Shown here piece by piece: positions 7,486-15,772 of a stretch of DNA of 38,928 nt; positions within the stretch are counted from its first letter, which is position 1, and each line of letters opens with the position of its first letter. The translations under genes and the position numbers were made by a program. Location: sequence record SRR2962707_4497; one strand, written 5' to 3'. The notes under the pieces were generated by a model. It was given only the letters and a program-made list of their open reading frames with translations, had not been told where the DNA came from and made no database searches.

Positions 7486-8712
7486 TCAGATCACGCCTTC
7501 GTCACGGAACGCCGCGATATCCGCCGCCGTGTAGCCAAGCTCGGTGAGAATAATGTCGTTATGCTCGCCGAGAACCGGCGCACGCTCGCGCACCGAGCCC
7601 GGCGTGCGCGACAGGCGCAGCGGCGTCTCCATGATGGGCGCGGGACCGGGCAGGCCCGGAAAGTCGAGCGGCTTCAGATAGCCCATCTCCTTGATGTGCC
7701 TGTCGTCCAGCGCCTGCTGCGGCGAATAAACAGGCCCGGCCGGGATGCGCGCCTTTTCGAGTTCGGCGAGCGCCTCCTCCGTCGTCCGCTCCTCCGCCCA
7801 ACGCTGCGTGCGTGCCGACAGGAGTTCGCCGTGATCGCCGCGGGAGAGATCATCCTTGAAGCGCGGATCGGAAAGCCACTGCTCTTCCTCGCCCATCAGC
7901 CGCGCCCAGCGTTTGAAGAGCGGCATGCCGATTACCTGAACGAGAATCCAGCCGTCCTTCGTGCGCACGATGTCGGCAGGCCCTGCATAGGGAGAGCGGT
8001 TGCCGATAGCGACGCGGTTTGTCTGCCGGAGCTGCTGCTCGATAAGGTGGAAGTTGAAATAGGCGAGCGCGGTTGAAAGAAGCGAGCCTTCCACAACCTG
8101 CCCCTTGCCGGATTGTGCGCGCTCCATCAGCGCCGCCATGGTGCCGAAGGCGGAGAGCGAGGCCGTGCCGAAATCGACCCAGGGCGCATAGCTCTTCACC
8201 GGCTCTTCCGGCTGGCCCGTCAGATAGGCTGCGCCGACCATTGACTGCGCCACTCCGTCGAAGCCCGTCCGCTCGCTATACGGTCCGCCATGGCCGAAGG
8301 CCGAAACCGTGGTGAGGATGATGTCGGGTTTCGCGACCACCAGGCTCTCATAGTCGAGGCCCATGGCCTTGAGCGTGGAGGGCGGCAGGTTGGCGACAAC
8401 GACATCGGCGGTCGCGACGAGGCGGCGGACGATCTCGCGTCCCGTCTCCGTCATCGGGTCGAGCGTGAGGCCGCGCTTGTTCCGGTTCATTTGCAGGAAC
8501 ATCGCGCCTTCGCCGCCTTCGCCCGGCGCAGCATCAGGTACGATCGGCTGTACGAAACGGTCTTCCGAGCCCTCGCGCCGCTCGATGCGGATGACTTCCG
8601 CGCCCATGTCGCCAAGTAGCGCCGCGCAATAAGGCCCGGCGATATAGCGGCCGAAATCGAGAACTCTCACGCCTGCCAGAATGCCCTTCGCCGCGCCGCC
8701 TTGTTCCGTCAT
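7486..8712 (-). CDS. Family III CoA transferase (CaiB/BaiF)
   Basis: Start MTEQGG at 8712. LAGVRVLDFGRYIAGPYCAALLGDMGAEVIRIE, NRNKRG, GFDGVAQ, APVLGEHN. Confidence 0.9.
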   Translation of the reverse strand: MTEQGGAAKGILAGVRVLDFGRYIAGPYCAALLGDMGAEVIRIERREGSEDRFVQPIVPDAAPGEGGEGAMFLQMNRNKRGLTLDPMTETGREIVRRLVATADVVVANLPPSTLKAMGLDYESLVVAKPDIILTTVSAFGHGGPYSERTGFDGVAQSMVGAAYLTGQPEEPVKSYAPWVDFGTASLSAFGTMAALMERAQSGKGQVVEGSLLSTALAYFNFHLIEQQLRQTNRVAIGNRSPYAGPADIVRTKDGWILVQVIGMPLFKRWARLMGEEEQWLSDPRFKDDLSRGDHGELLSARTQRWAEERTTEEALAELEKARIPAGPVYSPQQALDDRHIKEMGYLKPLDFPGLPGPAPIMETPLRLSRTPGSVRERAPVLGEHNDIILTELGYTAADIAAFRDEGVI

Positions 8713-8899
8713 GTCTCTCTCCCGTGTCTCGTCCTGTCTCGTTTTGATACGCCGGACAGGCTGCCGAAACCATAGGCGTCGAGCTGCGCGCAAGAAAGAC
8801 CAGCCAAGAGAATTTTGCATTTTATTTAGGCTTTCGCACATACGCTGTCGGCGCTTGGGGAACGGGATACGCGCGACACGTCGCAGTTCGGAGGATGGG

Positions 8900-10756
8900 G
8901 TGAGGGGGTCGGAAGACACGGTCGGAGAGTTGTTGTCCGAGGCAGGGCACACGACCGAAAGAGAACATGCCTATCGCTGGAGTGGCGAGTTTGCTGACCC
9001 GCAACTCGAAGACACCTATTTGCGTGCGAGCTGGCCGGAAATCCATGCTCGGCTCGGCGCTGTGCTTGTCGCTGTCTATGTCTTCGTCAGCTGGGCGATT
9101 TTCGATTTCGTGACGCTCGGGTTCAGTTGGCCTTTCTTTGTCCTGACGATTGGCCGCTTCACCGCTCTGGGTGCAACGCTTCTCGCTCTGAAATCCTTCC
9201 GCACTGCCGACGACCGGCGCGGCTTCATGGCCTGCGCCATCATCACGCAAATGCTGGTCTGCTGCATCGCGCCGCTTTCTCTGATGCTTGGCGAAGTGAA
9301 CTTCGCCGCCGCACTGCTCAGCATCGTCGTCATCCTGTTTGCCTTCTATATTGGTGTGCCCACCCGCCTCGTTCCGAACCTCCTCCTCTCCTGTGCGCTC
9401 TGCCTCGGTTTTGTCGCCGTGTCGCCGACGCTCGCGGAAATGGATACGCTCACTCTTGTCGAAATCTGCGTGCTTTTCGCGGTGGTGAATGCCATCGGCG
9501 TCGAGATGGTGCGCGCTGCGAACCGCCTTCGACGCGACGGCTTTGTCACGCTCATGCGCCAGCAGGAGCTATATGACCAGTTGAAGCGCGAGGTCGAGAG
9601 CCGCCAGGAAGCCGAAGCGACGGTGCGGAATACGGAAGAGAGCTTCCAGAGCATCTTCTATACCGCTCCGCTTCCCATCGCGCTTGTCGATCCATCGGGC
9701 TTCAGCGTCATGCAGGCGAACAATGCCGCGCTCGAAATGTTCGGCGTCGACGCCGACGAAGTACAGACCGTGGACGTGCGCACTTTCTTCGATCATGAGG
9801 ACCTTCCCGCGCGGATCGAAATGCTGCTCGCCAGCAGCCGTGCGGGTGCGCCTATAGAATTCCGAATGAAGCGGAAGAACGGGACGGTCCTTCACGTGCT
9901 GGTATCGGCGGCGACGGTTCACTTCCAGGGACGTCGCGCCTTGTTGATCGGCATACAGGACGTCACGGCTCGCCGGAAAGAAGCCGAAGCTCTTCGCGAA
10001 GCGCGCGATCAGGCAACAGGCGCGAGCCGGTCGAAATCCGAGTTCCTCGCCAATATGAGCCACGAGCTGAGGACACCGCTCAATGCGATCATCGGATTTT
10101 CCGAGGCGCTGGAGCGGGAACTCTTTGGGCCGGTCGGAAATCCGCGCTACCGCGAATATGCCGAAGACATTCACAACAGCGGCGTCCACCTGCTGAGCCT
10201 CATCAACGACATTCTCGATCTTTCGAAGATCGAGGCTGGACACTTCAAACTCCACGAGGATGAAACCGAACTCGATCACATCGTCGAGGCGGCAACGCGC
10301 ATCGTCCGTCACCGCGCCCAGCAGGCGAATATCGAGATCGCATGCACTCTTCCCTCGCCACCGCTTGTCCTCGTGGCCGACGAACGGGCGCTGAAGCAGG
10401 TGCTCATTAATCTCTTGTCGAATGCCGTGAAGTTCAGCCCCGACCGCAGCCTTGTCCGTATCGAGGCGGCCGTGACCGCGGAGCATCTGCGTATTTCCGT
10501 GACCGATTGCGGCGATGGCATCGCCGCGGAAGATATCCCCAGAGCCTTGACGCCGTTCACCCAGCTCGACGGTTCCCTGTCGCGGGCACATGAAGGTACG
10601 GGCCTCGGCCTGCCGCTCGCCAAACACCTGACGGACCTTCACGAAGGCGTTCTGTCGATTGAAAGCACGGTAGGCGAGGGTACCACTGTTCATGTCGACC
10701 TGCCGCTTTCGCGCGTCGTCGGCAAGGATCTATCGCATGAGAAGGCGGCTCTCTGA
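8900..10756 (+). CDS. Multi-TM, PAS-domain sensor histidine kinase of PleC/DivJ (PdhS)-like type
   Basis: GTG at 8900 after GGAGG. About 6 TM helices, PAS (APLPIALVD..ANNAALEMFG), H-box FLANMSHELRTPLNAIIGFSE, KQVLINLLSNAVKF, GTGLGL. Confidence 0.85.
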   Translation: MRGSEDTVGELLSEAGHTTEREHAYRWSGEFADPQLEDTYLRASWPEIHARLGAVLVAVYVFVSWAIFDFVTLGFSWPFFVLTIGRFTALGATLLALKSFRTADDRRGFMACAIITQMLVCCIAPLSLMLGEVNFAAALLSIVVILFAFYIGVPTRLVPNLLLSCALCLGFVAVSPTLAEMDTLTLVEICVLFAVVNAIGVEMVRAANRLRRDGFVTLMRQQELYDQLKREVESRQEAEATVRNTEESFQSIFYTAPLPIALVDPSGFSVMQANNAALEMFGVDADEVQTVDVRTFFDHEDLPARIEMLLASSRAGAPIEFRMKRKNGTVLHVLVSAATVHFQGRRALLIGIQDVTARRKEAEALREARDQATGASRSKSEFLANMSHELRTPLNAIIGFSEALERELFGPVGNPRYREYAEDIHNSGVHLLSLINDILDLSKIEAGHFKLHEDETELDHIVEAATRIVRHRAQQANIEIACTLPSPPLVLVADERALKQVLINLLSNAVKFSPDRSLVRIEAAVTAEHLRISVTDCGDGIAAEDIPRALTPFTQLDGSLSRAHEGTGLGLPLAKHLTDLHEGVLSIESTVGEGTTVHVDLPLSRVVGKDLSHEKAAL

Positions 10757-10759
10757 TCT

Positions 10760-12925
10760 TCAGTTGTCGCGTTCGCCGGGGCGGTAGCTTTCTGCGACAT
10801 GTCCCTCGAGTTGATCCCGCGTGAAGCGAACCGGCTTCGTTCGCATGCCGGCGAAAAGCGGCGCCTGGTCGGCATAATGCGGCGACGAGGCATCGAGCGT
10901 CGCGGAGCCGAAGGGATGCATGCTTTCCGAGGTGAGCTTTCCCGCCCGGTCCCATTCCACAAACATGATCAGCGTGTCGCCCGCGCGCGCAGTGAGTGTG
11001 CCGTCTTCGTCTCGTGAGCCGTAGATCGCGCGCAGGATATCCGGCCCGCCATCGATCGGCAGGTCGACCGGCCCGCGCCGGAAGCGGTTGACCTCGCCCC
11101 ATTCAGGATCGAGCCTGCCGAAATGCGTCTCGAGGCGCGTCATCGCCTCGCGCAGCTTGTCCATAGGCTCGGGCGGCGTCTCTCCGCGGATGCGAGCGAC
11201 GATCACGGGTTCGGCAGTAAGCACGGCGAGCGCCGCGCCCCGGCTCGCGACATCCGTTCGCCGGTCCCACTTGCGCAATATCTCCAACGCTTCTTTGAGT
11301 TCTTCATCCTCGCCGGGATCAGAAGCGAGAAGTCCGTTCACGATCTCCGCCATTTCCGATTTGTCGCTGTAGCGAAGATCGTATTTGTAGTCGCGAAACT
11401 CGGCCGCCGTGATCGAGCTATCGGCGCCATATGTCTCCTCAAGGCGGATCGCCCGGTTCGTCATGTCGGTCTGTATGCCGAGCCAGTCTGGAAAATTCGC
11501 AGGATCGAGATTGTCGTTCGCGGCGGTCGCGAGGAACGGGGTGTTGTTCGCGTTGTAGACATAGCCGGAATTCGGATTGACGACTTTCGGCACCGCATCG
11601 AATGGCACATAGCTCTGCCAGATGAGCGAGGAGTCATCGCCCGGGAGAACGCCCGACCAGTCCGGCCCTTCCTTTCGCTCTGGGAATTGCGCGTTGTAGA
11701 CATAGGCGATATTGCCCTGCCGGTCGGCATAGATGTAGTTGATGCTCGGCAGCGCCTGCAGCTTCATCGCTTCGATCCACTCGCCGAACTGCGTCGCCTT
11801 GTCGAGCGCGTAATACTGCTCCACCTGCCTGATCTCGCCGATCCCCGCATAGCGCACCGCGAAAAAGCCGTTCGGTGTTTCGAGCACTGGCCCATGCTCC
11901 GAGCGCTGCACCTCGCGCTTCGCTGTCCACCAGAACGGGCCCCAGAGATCGACGGGGATTTTCGCCGTGCTCTTTTCGAAGTCGCGCCACTCGCCGTCGA
12001 GGCGGTACTGGCCGTCATTGTCGGGATTGATTTCGAGGCGGTAGATATCGACGAGATCGGGCTCGTTCACTGTGTTCGCCCAGCCGAGATTGGCGTTGTG
12101 TCCGTGCAGCATGAAGGGCGAGCCGGGAAAGAAGCCGCCCGCGACGTGCCAGCCCTCTTCGCTCTCGAGCACCGCTTCGTACCAGGCGACGGGCCCCGTA
12201 AAAGGCTGGTGCGAATTGACGAGAAGCCGCGTCGCGCCGTCGGCGGTGCGCGCCGGGCTGACCGCGACGCCGTTCGAGCCGATGGGAAGCGGGTCTTTCG
12301 CAGGCAGGAATGCATCGACACCCTGTTTCGACAGGCCCTCTTCCTTGCCGATCTTTCCCTCGAATACCGCCATCAAAGTTTTGTCGAGACCGTAGAAGAA
12401 TGGCGCCTTGAACATGAAGCCCGCGGCAACGTCCTGTCCCCGGACAGGCAAAAAGCCGTTTATGGCGGCATCGGGGTGTAGTGCCGCGTAGTAGTTCACG
12501 CCATCTGCATAGGCCTCGATCACCGTGCGAACTTCCGGTGAGAGGTCGCTCTCGTAGCGCGCGTCGACTGTTTCCCATATTCCCATCAGGCGGACGAGAT
12601 AGTCGCTCACCGCCGCGCGCTCGCCTTTGACGGAGGCGAGCTCTCCCCGTGTCGCGATCAGCACTTCCTGGATGGTTGCGAAATCGTCTTCCGAGTGGGC
12701 GTAGCCGATGCCGAAGGCAACGTCCGCGTCCCGCTTCCCGAAGATGTGAGGCACGCCCCATTCGTCGCGGTCGATGGTCGCGTCATAGGTTTCCGCCTTC
12801 GCGATCAGCGGCGCCGGATCGGCGAGCGAAGGGGCCTCAATGGCGCCCCGGACGAGAATGACGGCGAGAACCGTCAGAACGAGCCCGAAAACTCCGAGAA
12901 TTCCCGTCTTGGCATAGCGCAGCAC
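10760..12925 (-). CDS. Penicillin/AHL acylase family (Ntn hydrolase), exported or membrane-anchored
   Basis: GTG at 12925 after AAGGAGAG. N-terminal TM, RDEWGVPHIFG, FGIGYAHSEDDF, beta-subunit start G|SNGVAV, LLVNSHQP, YNANNTP. Confidence 0.88.
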   Translation of the reverse strand: MLRYAKTGILGVFGLVLTVLAVILVRGAIEAPSLADPAPLIAKAETYDATIDRDEWGVPHIFGKRDADVAFGIGYAHSEDDFATIQEVLIATRGELASVKGERAAVSDYLVRLMGIWETVDARYESDLSPEVRTVIEAYADGVNYYAALHPDAAINGFLPVRGQDVAAGFMFKAPFFYGLDKTLMAVFEGKIGKEEGLSKQGVDAFLPAKDPLPIGSNGVAVSPARTADGATRLLVNSHQPFTGPVAWYEAVLESEEGWHVAGGFFPGSPFMLHGHNANLGWANTVNEPDLVDIYRLEINPDNDGQYRLDGEWRDFEKSTAKIPVDLWGPFWWTAKREVQRSEHGPVLETPNGFFAVRYAGIGEIRQVEQYYALDKATQFGEWIEAMKLQALPSINYIYADRQGNIAYVYNAQFPERKEGPDWSGVLPGDDSSLIWQSYVPFDAVPKVVNPNSGYVYNANNTPFLATAANDNLDPANFPDWLGIQTDMTNRAIRLEETYGADSSITAAEFRDYKYDLRYSDKSEMAEIVNGLLASDPGEDEELKEALEILRKWDRRTDVASRGAALAVLTAEPVIVARIRGETPPEPMDKLREAMTRLETHFGRLDPEWGEVNRFRRGPVDLPIDGGPDILRAIYGSRDEDGTLTARAGDTLIMFVEWDRAGKLTSESMHPFGSATLDASSPHYADQAPLFAGMRTKPVRFTRDQLEGHVAESYRPGERDN

Positions 12926-13090
12926 GCGGTCTCTCCTTCTTGTGGCAGGCGCGCAGCCTAACCGTCTGCCGGGTTCCGTCAAACTAATGCAGGGTGCTTG
13001 CCCCGCCTGCGTCCCTCCGCCGCTTTCCGCTCCGCCGCGAAACCTCTATACAGGGCGCGCTTTCCCGGCCACCCGCAAAAGGCGGACCCC

Positions 13091-14179
13091 TTGCTGCTTT
13101 CGGCGAACGACATCCTGATTTTTCTGGCCTTCGCGGCGCTGACGGGCATCGCGCTCTGGCTGCTGCTCAGGCCGTTGCGCGCCGGCGCCGCAGTGGCGGA
13201 CGAAGGTGAGAGTGAAGTCGCGATCTACCGCGATCAGCTCGCCGAGATCGCGCGCGATCTTGAGCGCGGCGCGATTGCCGGGGCGGAAGCGGAGGCCGCG
13301 CGCGTGGAAGTCTCGCGCCGCCTCATCGCGGCGGACGAGGCGAGGCAAGCAGCGCGCAGTGCGGACGGCGCGGGCGACGCTCGCTGGCGCAAGGGCACCG
13401 CGCTCGCGCTTGCACTCGGTCTCCCGGCGTTCGCGCTCGCCGTTTATCTCGCGGAGGGCTCGCCGGGCATGGGCGACCACCCGATCGCGGCGCGCATGGA
13501 AGCACCGGCCGACGAACTTCCAGTTGAAGGGCTCGTTGCGCGCGTCGAACGCCGCCTCAAGGAACAGCCCGAAGACGTGCAGGGCTGGGAGACGATTGCG
13601 CCCGCCTATCTGATGCTTGGCCGCACCGACGATGCGGCCCATGCATGGACGCGGGCGATGATGGCGGGGGGCGTGACCCCGGCGCGGCTTGCCGCGCGGG
13701 GAGAGGCACTGGTTCTCGGCAATGACGGCGTTGTCGGCTCATCCGCGAAAGCCGACTTTGAAGAGGCCGTGAAGCTCGACCCGGACGAACCGCGCGCGCA
13801 ATATTATCTCGGCGCCGCCGAACTCGACGCGGGTGACCGTGACGCCGCGCTCAGCCGCTGGAAATCGCTGCTTGCCGGAGCGCCCGAGGACGCGCCATGG
13901 GCGCCCGCGCTCCGCGCACGGATCGCTGCCGCCGAAGGGCGTCCCGTCATTTCCGCCGAAGACGAACCGATGATCCGGGGCATGGTCGAAGGGCTTGCCA
14001 CGCGCCTCGAAGACGAGCCGGACGATATCGAAGGCTGGCTCCGCCTCATCCGGTCCTACGGCGTGTTGCAGGAGAACGACAAGGCGGCGAAGGCCCTTGC
14101 AACGGCCCGCGACACCTTCGCGGACCACCCGGACGCGCTCGCCCGTCTCACGGAAGCCGAAGCCGCGCTCGAAGAGTAA
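13091..14179 (+). CDS. ccmI: Cytochrome c maturation protein CcmI/CycH (TPR)
   Basis: N-terminal TM, IYRDQLAEIARDLERG..EVSRRL, second TM YLAEGSP, TPR repeats, IRGMVEGLATRL..GWLRLIRSY. Start uncertain (TTG at 13091). Confidence 0.88.
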   Translation: MLLSANDILIFLAFAALTGIALWLLLRPLRAGAAVADEGESEVAIYRDQLAEIARDLERGAIAGAEAEAARVEVSRRLIAADEARQAARSADGAGDARWRKGTALALALGLPAFALAVYLAEGSPGMGDHPIAARMEAPADELPVEGLVARVERRLKEQPEDVQGWETIAPAYLMLGRTDDAAHAWTRAMMAGGVTPARLAARGEALVLGNDGVVGSSAKADFEEAVKLDPDEPRAQYYLGAAELDAGDRDAALSRWKSLLAGAPEDAPWAPALRARIAAAEGRPVISAEDEPMIRGMVEGLATRLEDEPDDIEGWLRLIRSYGVLQENDKAAKALATARDTFADHPDALARLTEAEAALEE

Positions 14180-14241
14180 TCCCCGGCTGCCTCAGCCCCG
14201 CGCTAGAATGTGCGGCGACTCGTCAAACGGGCAGGGGCACC

Positions 14242-15168
14242 ATGCTGAACGAACTCCAGAAGGAAACGGCGAAGGCCATCGTCAACATTTTCGAGACAGG
14301 GTCGGCGCGCGGCGATTATGCGCGCGTGACGCTTCTCACCGGCGATAGCGGGCATCTTACCTATGGCCGTACGCAGACGACGCTAGGCAGCGGTAATCTC
14401 CACCTTCTCATCAAGGCCTATTGCGGGGTGCCGGGCGCTGCGTATGCGCGACCGCTCAAGCCCTATCTGCCGCGACTGGCCGACATCGACCTCCGCCTCG
14501 ACACCGATTGGACTTTCCGAAGTCTTCTGAAGGAAGCGGGCGGCGATCCCGTGATGCGCGACACGCAGGACGATTTCTTCGACCGTGTTTACTGGGTGCC
14601 TGCCGTCGCCTCCGCCAAACGCGTTGGGCTGGGCGAAGCACTCTCCGTCGCCATCGTCTATGACAGCGCGGTACATGGCTCGTGGACCGCGATGCGCGAC
14701 CGCACGCTGGCGAAAGTGGGCGCATCCGCAGGCGAACGCAAATGGGTTGCCGCCTATCTCGACGTGCGGCGAGACTGGCTCGGCAATCACTCGAACGCTC
14801 TCCTGAGGAAAACCGTCTACCGCATGGATGCCTTCAAGGCGCTCGCAGCGACCGGCAACTGGGCGCTCGATTTACCGATGACCGTGCGCGGCGTGCGGAT
14901 CGATGCCGATACGCTCGGCCTTCGCCCGCCGGTCAATGTCTCGGCAATCGAGGCCACGACGCGCAATCTCCGTCTCACCGATCCGAAAATGACGGGTAAC
15001 GACGTCCGCGCGCTCGAAGAGGCGCTCGCAAAAGAGGGCTATGCCATCAATCGCGATGGAGTCTTCGACGAAGGCCTCGAAACCGCACTCAAGTCCTTCC
15101 AGCGCGAATTCGGTCTTGTCGACGACGGCATTGCCGGGCCCGGCACGAGGCTGATGCTGGGGATTTGA
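14242..15168 (+). CDS. GH46 chitosanase/lysozyme-fold protein with C-terminal peptidoglycan-binding domain
   Basis: IVNIFETG..GDSGHLTYG..QTT and YDSAVHG resemble the GH46-like fold. C-terminus GNDVRALEEAL..DGVFDEGLETALKSFQREFGLVDDGIAGPGT matches PG_binding_1. Confidence 0.75.
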   Translation: MLNELQKETAKAIVNIFETGSARGDYARVTLLTGDSGHLTYGRTQTTLGSGNLHLLIKAYCGVPGAAYARPLKPYLPRLADIDLRLDTDWTFRSLLKEAGGDPVMRDTQDDFFDRVYWVPAVASAKRVGLGEALSVAIVYDSAVHGSWTAMRDRTLAKVGASAGERKWVAAYLDVRRDWLGNHSNALLRKTVYRMDAFKALAATGNWALDLPMTVRGVRIDADTLGLRPPVNVSAIEATTRNLRLTDPKMTGNDVRALEEALAKEGYAINRDGVFDEGLETALKSFQREFGLVDDGIAGPGTRLMLGI

Positions 15169-15289
15169 GGGCTGGTTTCGCCGATATTGCAGCGCCCCCG
15201 CGACGATTTACCTGTTTCGCGGGCCGTTCTCCCCGGGCTATACCTCGGCTCAACCGGCCCGTTCCGGCCGGTCAGGGAACGGAATCGCC

Positions 15290-15772
15290 ATGACGCGCAA
15301 GCAGCGCCGCGCCACTTTCATCGCCGTCAGCCTCGGCATACTGGGTCTCGCCGTGGGCCTCGTCCTCTATGCGATGAGCGACAGCATCGTTTATTTCTAC
15401 AGCCCGAGCGACGCGGTCGAACGCGGCGTGGAGCCGGGCGAGCGCATCCGCCTCGGCGGTCTCGTCGAACAGGGCTCGCTGGAAGATCTCGGCGACGCGA
15501 CCGTCCGCTTCAACATCACCGACTTCGTCGAAACCGTCATCGTCACCTATCGCGGCGTCCTGCCGGATCTCTTCCGCGAAGGGCAGGGCGTCATCACCGA
15601 GGGTGCGTTCGATGAAGCGGGCGCCTTCACCGCCGACAATGTGCTTGCGAAGCATGATGAATATTACATGCCGCCCGAAGTCGCGGACGCGCTGAAGAAG
15701 TCCGGCAACTGGCAGGGCGAAGGCGCCGAGGCGCCGCATTCGGAAACCTACGGCCAAGGCAGCTATCCATGA
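15290..15772 (+). CDS. ccmE: Heme chaperone CcmE/CycJ
   Basis: IRLGGLVEQGS, GVLPDLFREGQG, LAKHDEYYMPPEV heme-binding motif. Confidence 0.96.
   Translation: MTRKQRRATFIAVSLGILGLAVGLVLYAMSDSIVYFYSPSDAVERGVEPGERIRLGGLVEQGSLEDLGDATVRFNITDFVETVIVTYRGVLPDLFREGQGVITEGAFDEAGAFTADNVLAKHDEYYMPPEVADALKKSGNWQGEGAEAPHSETYGQGSYP

Noticed and set aside
8681-8952. Overlapping N-terminal extensions of the CoA transferase and kinase ORFs
   Set aside because: Better starts with RBS exist at 8712 (-) and 8900 (+), leaving an ordinary divergent promoter region.
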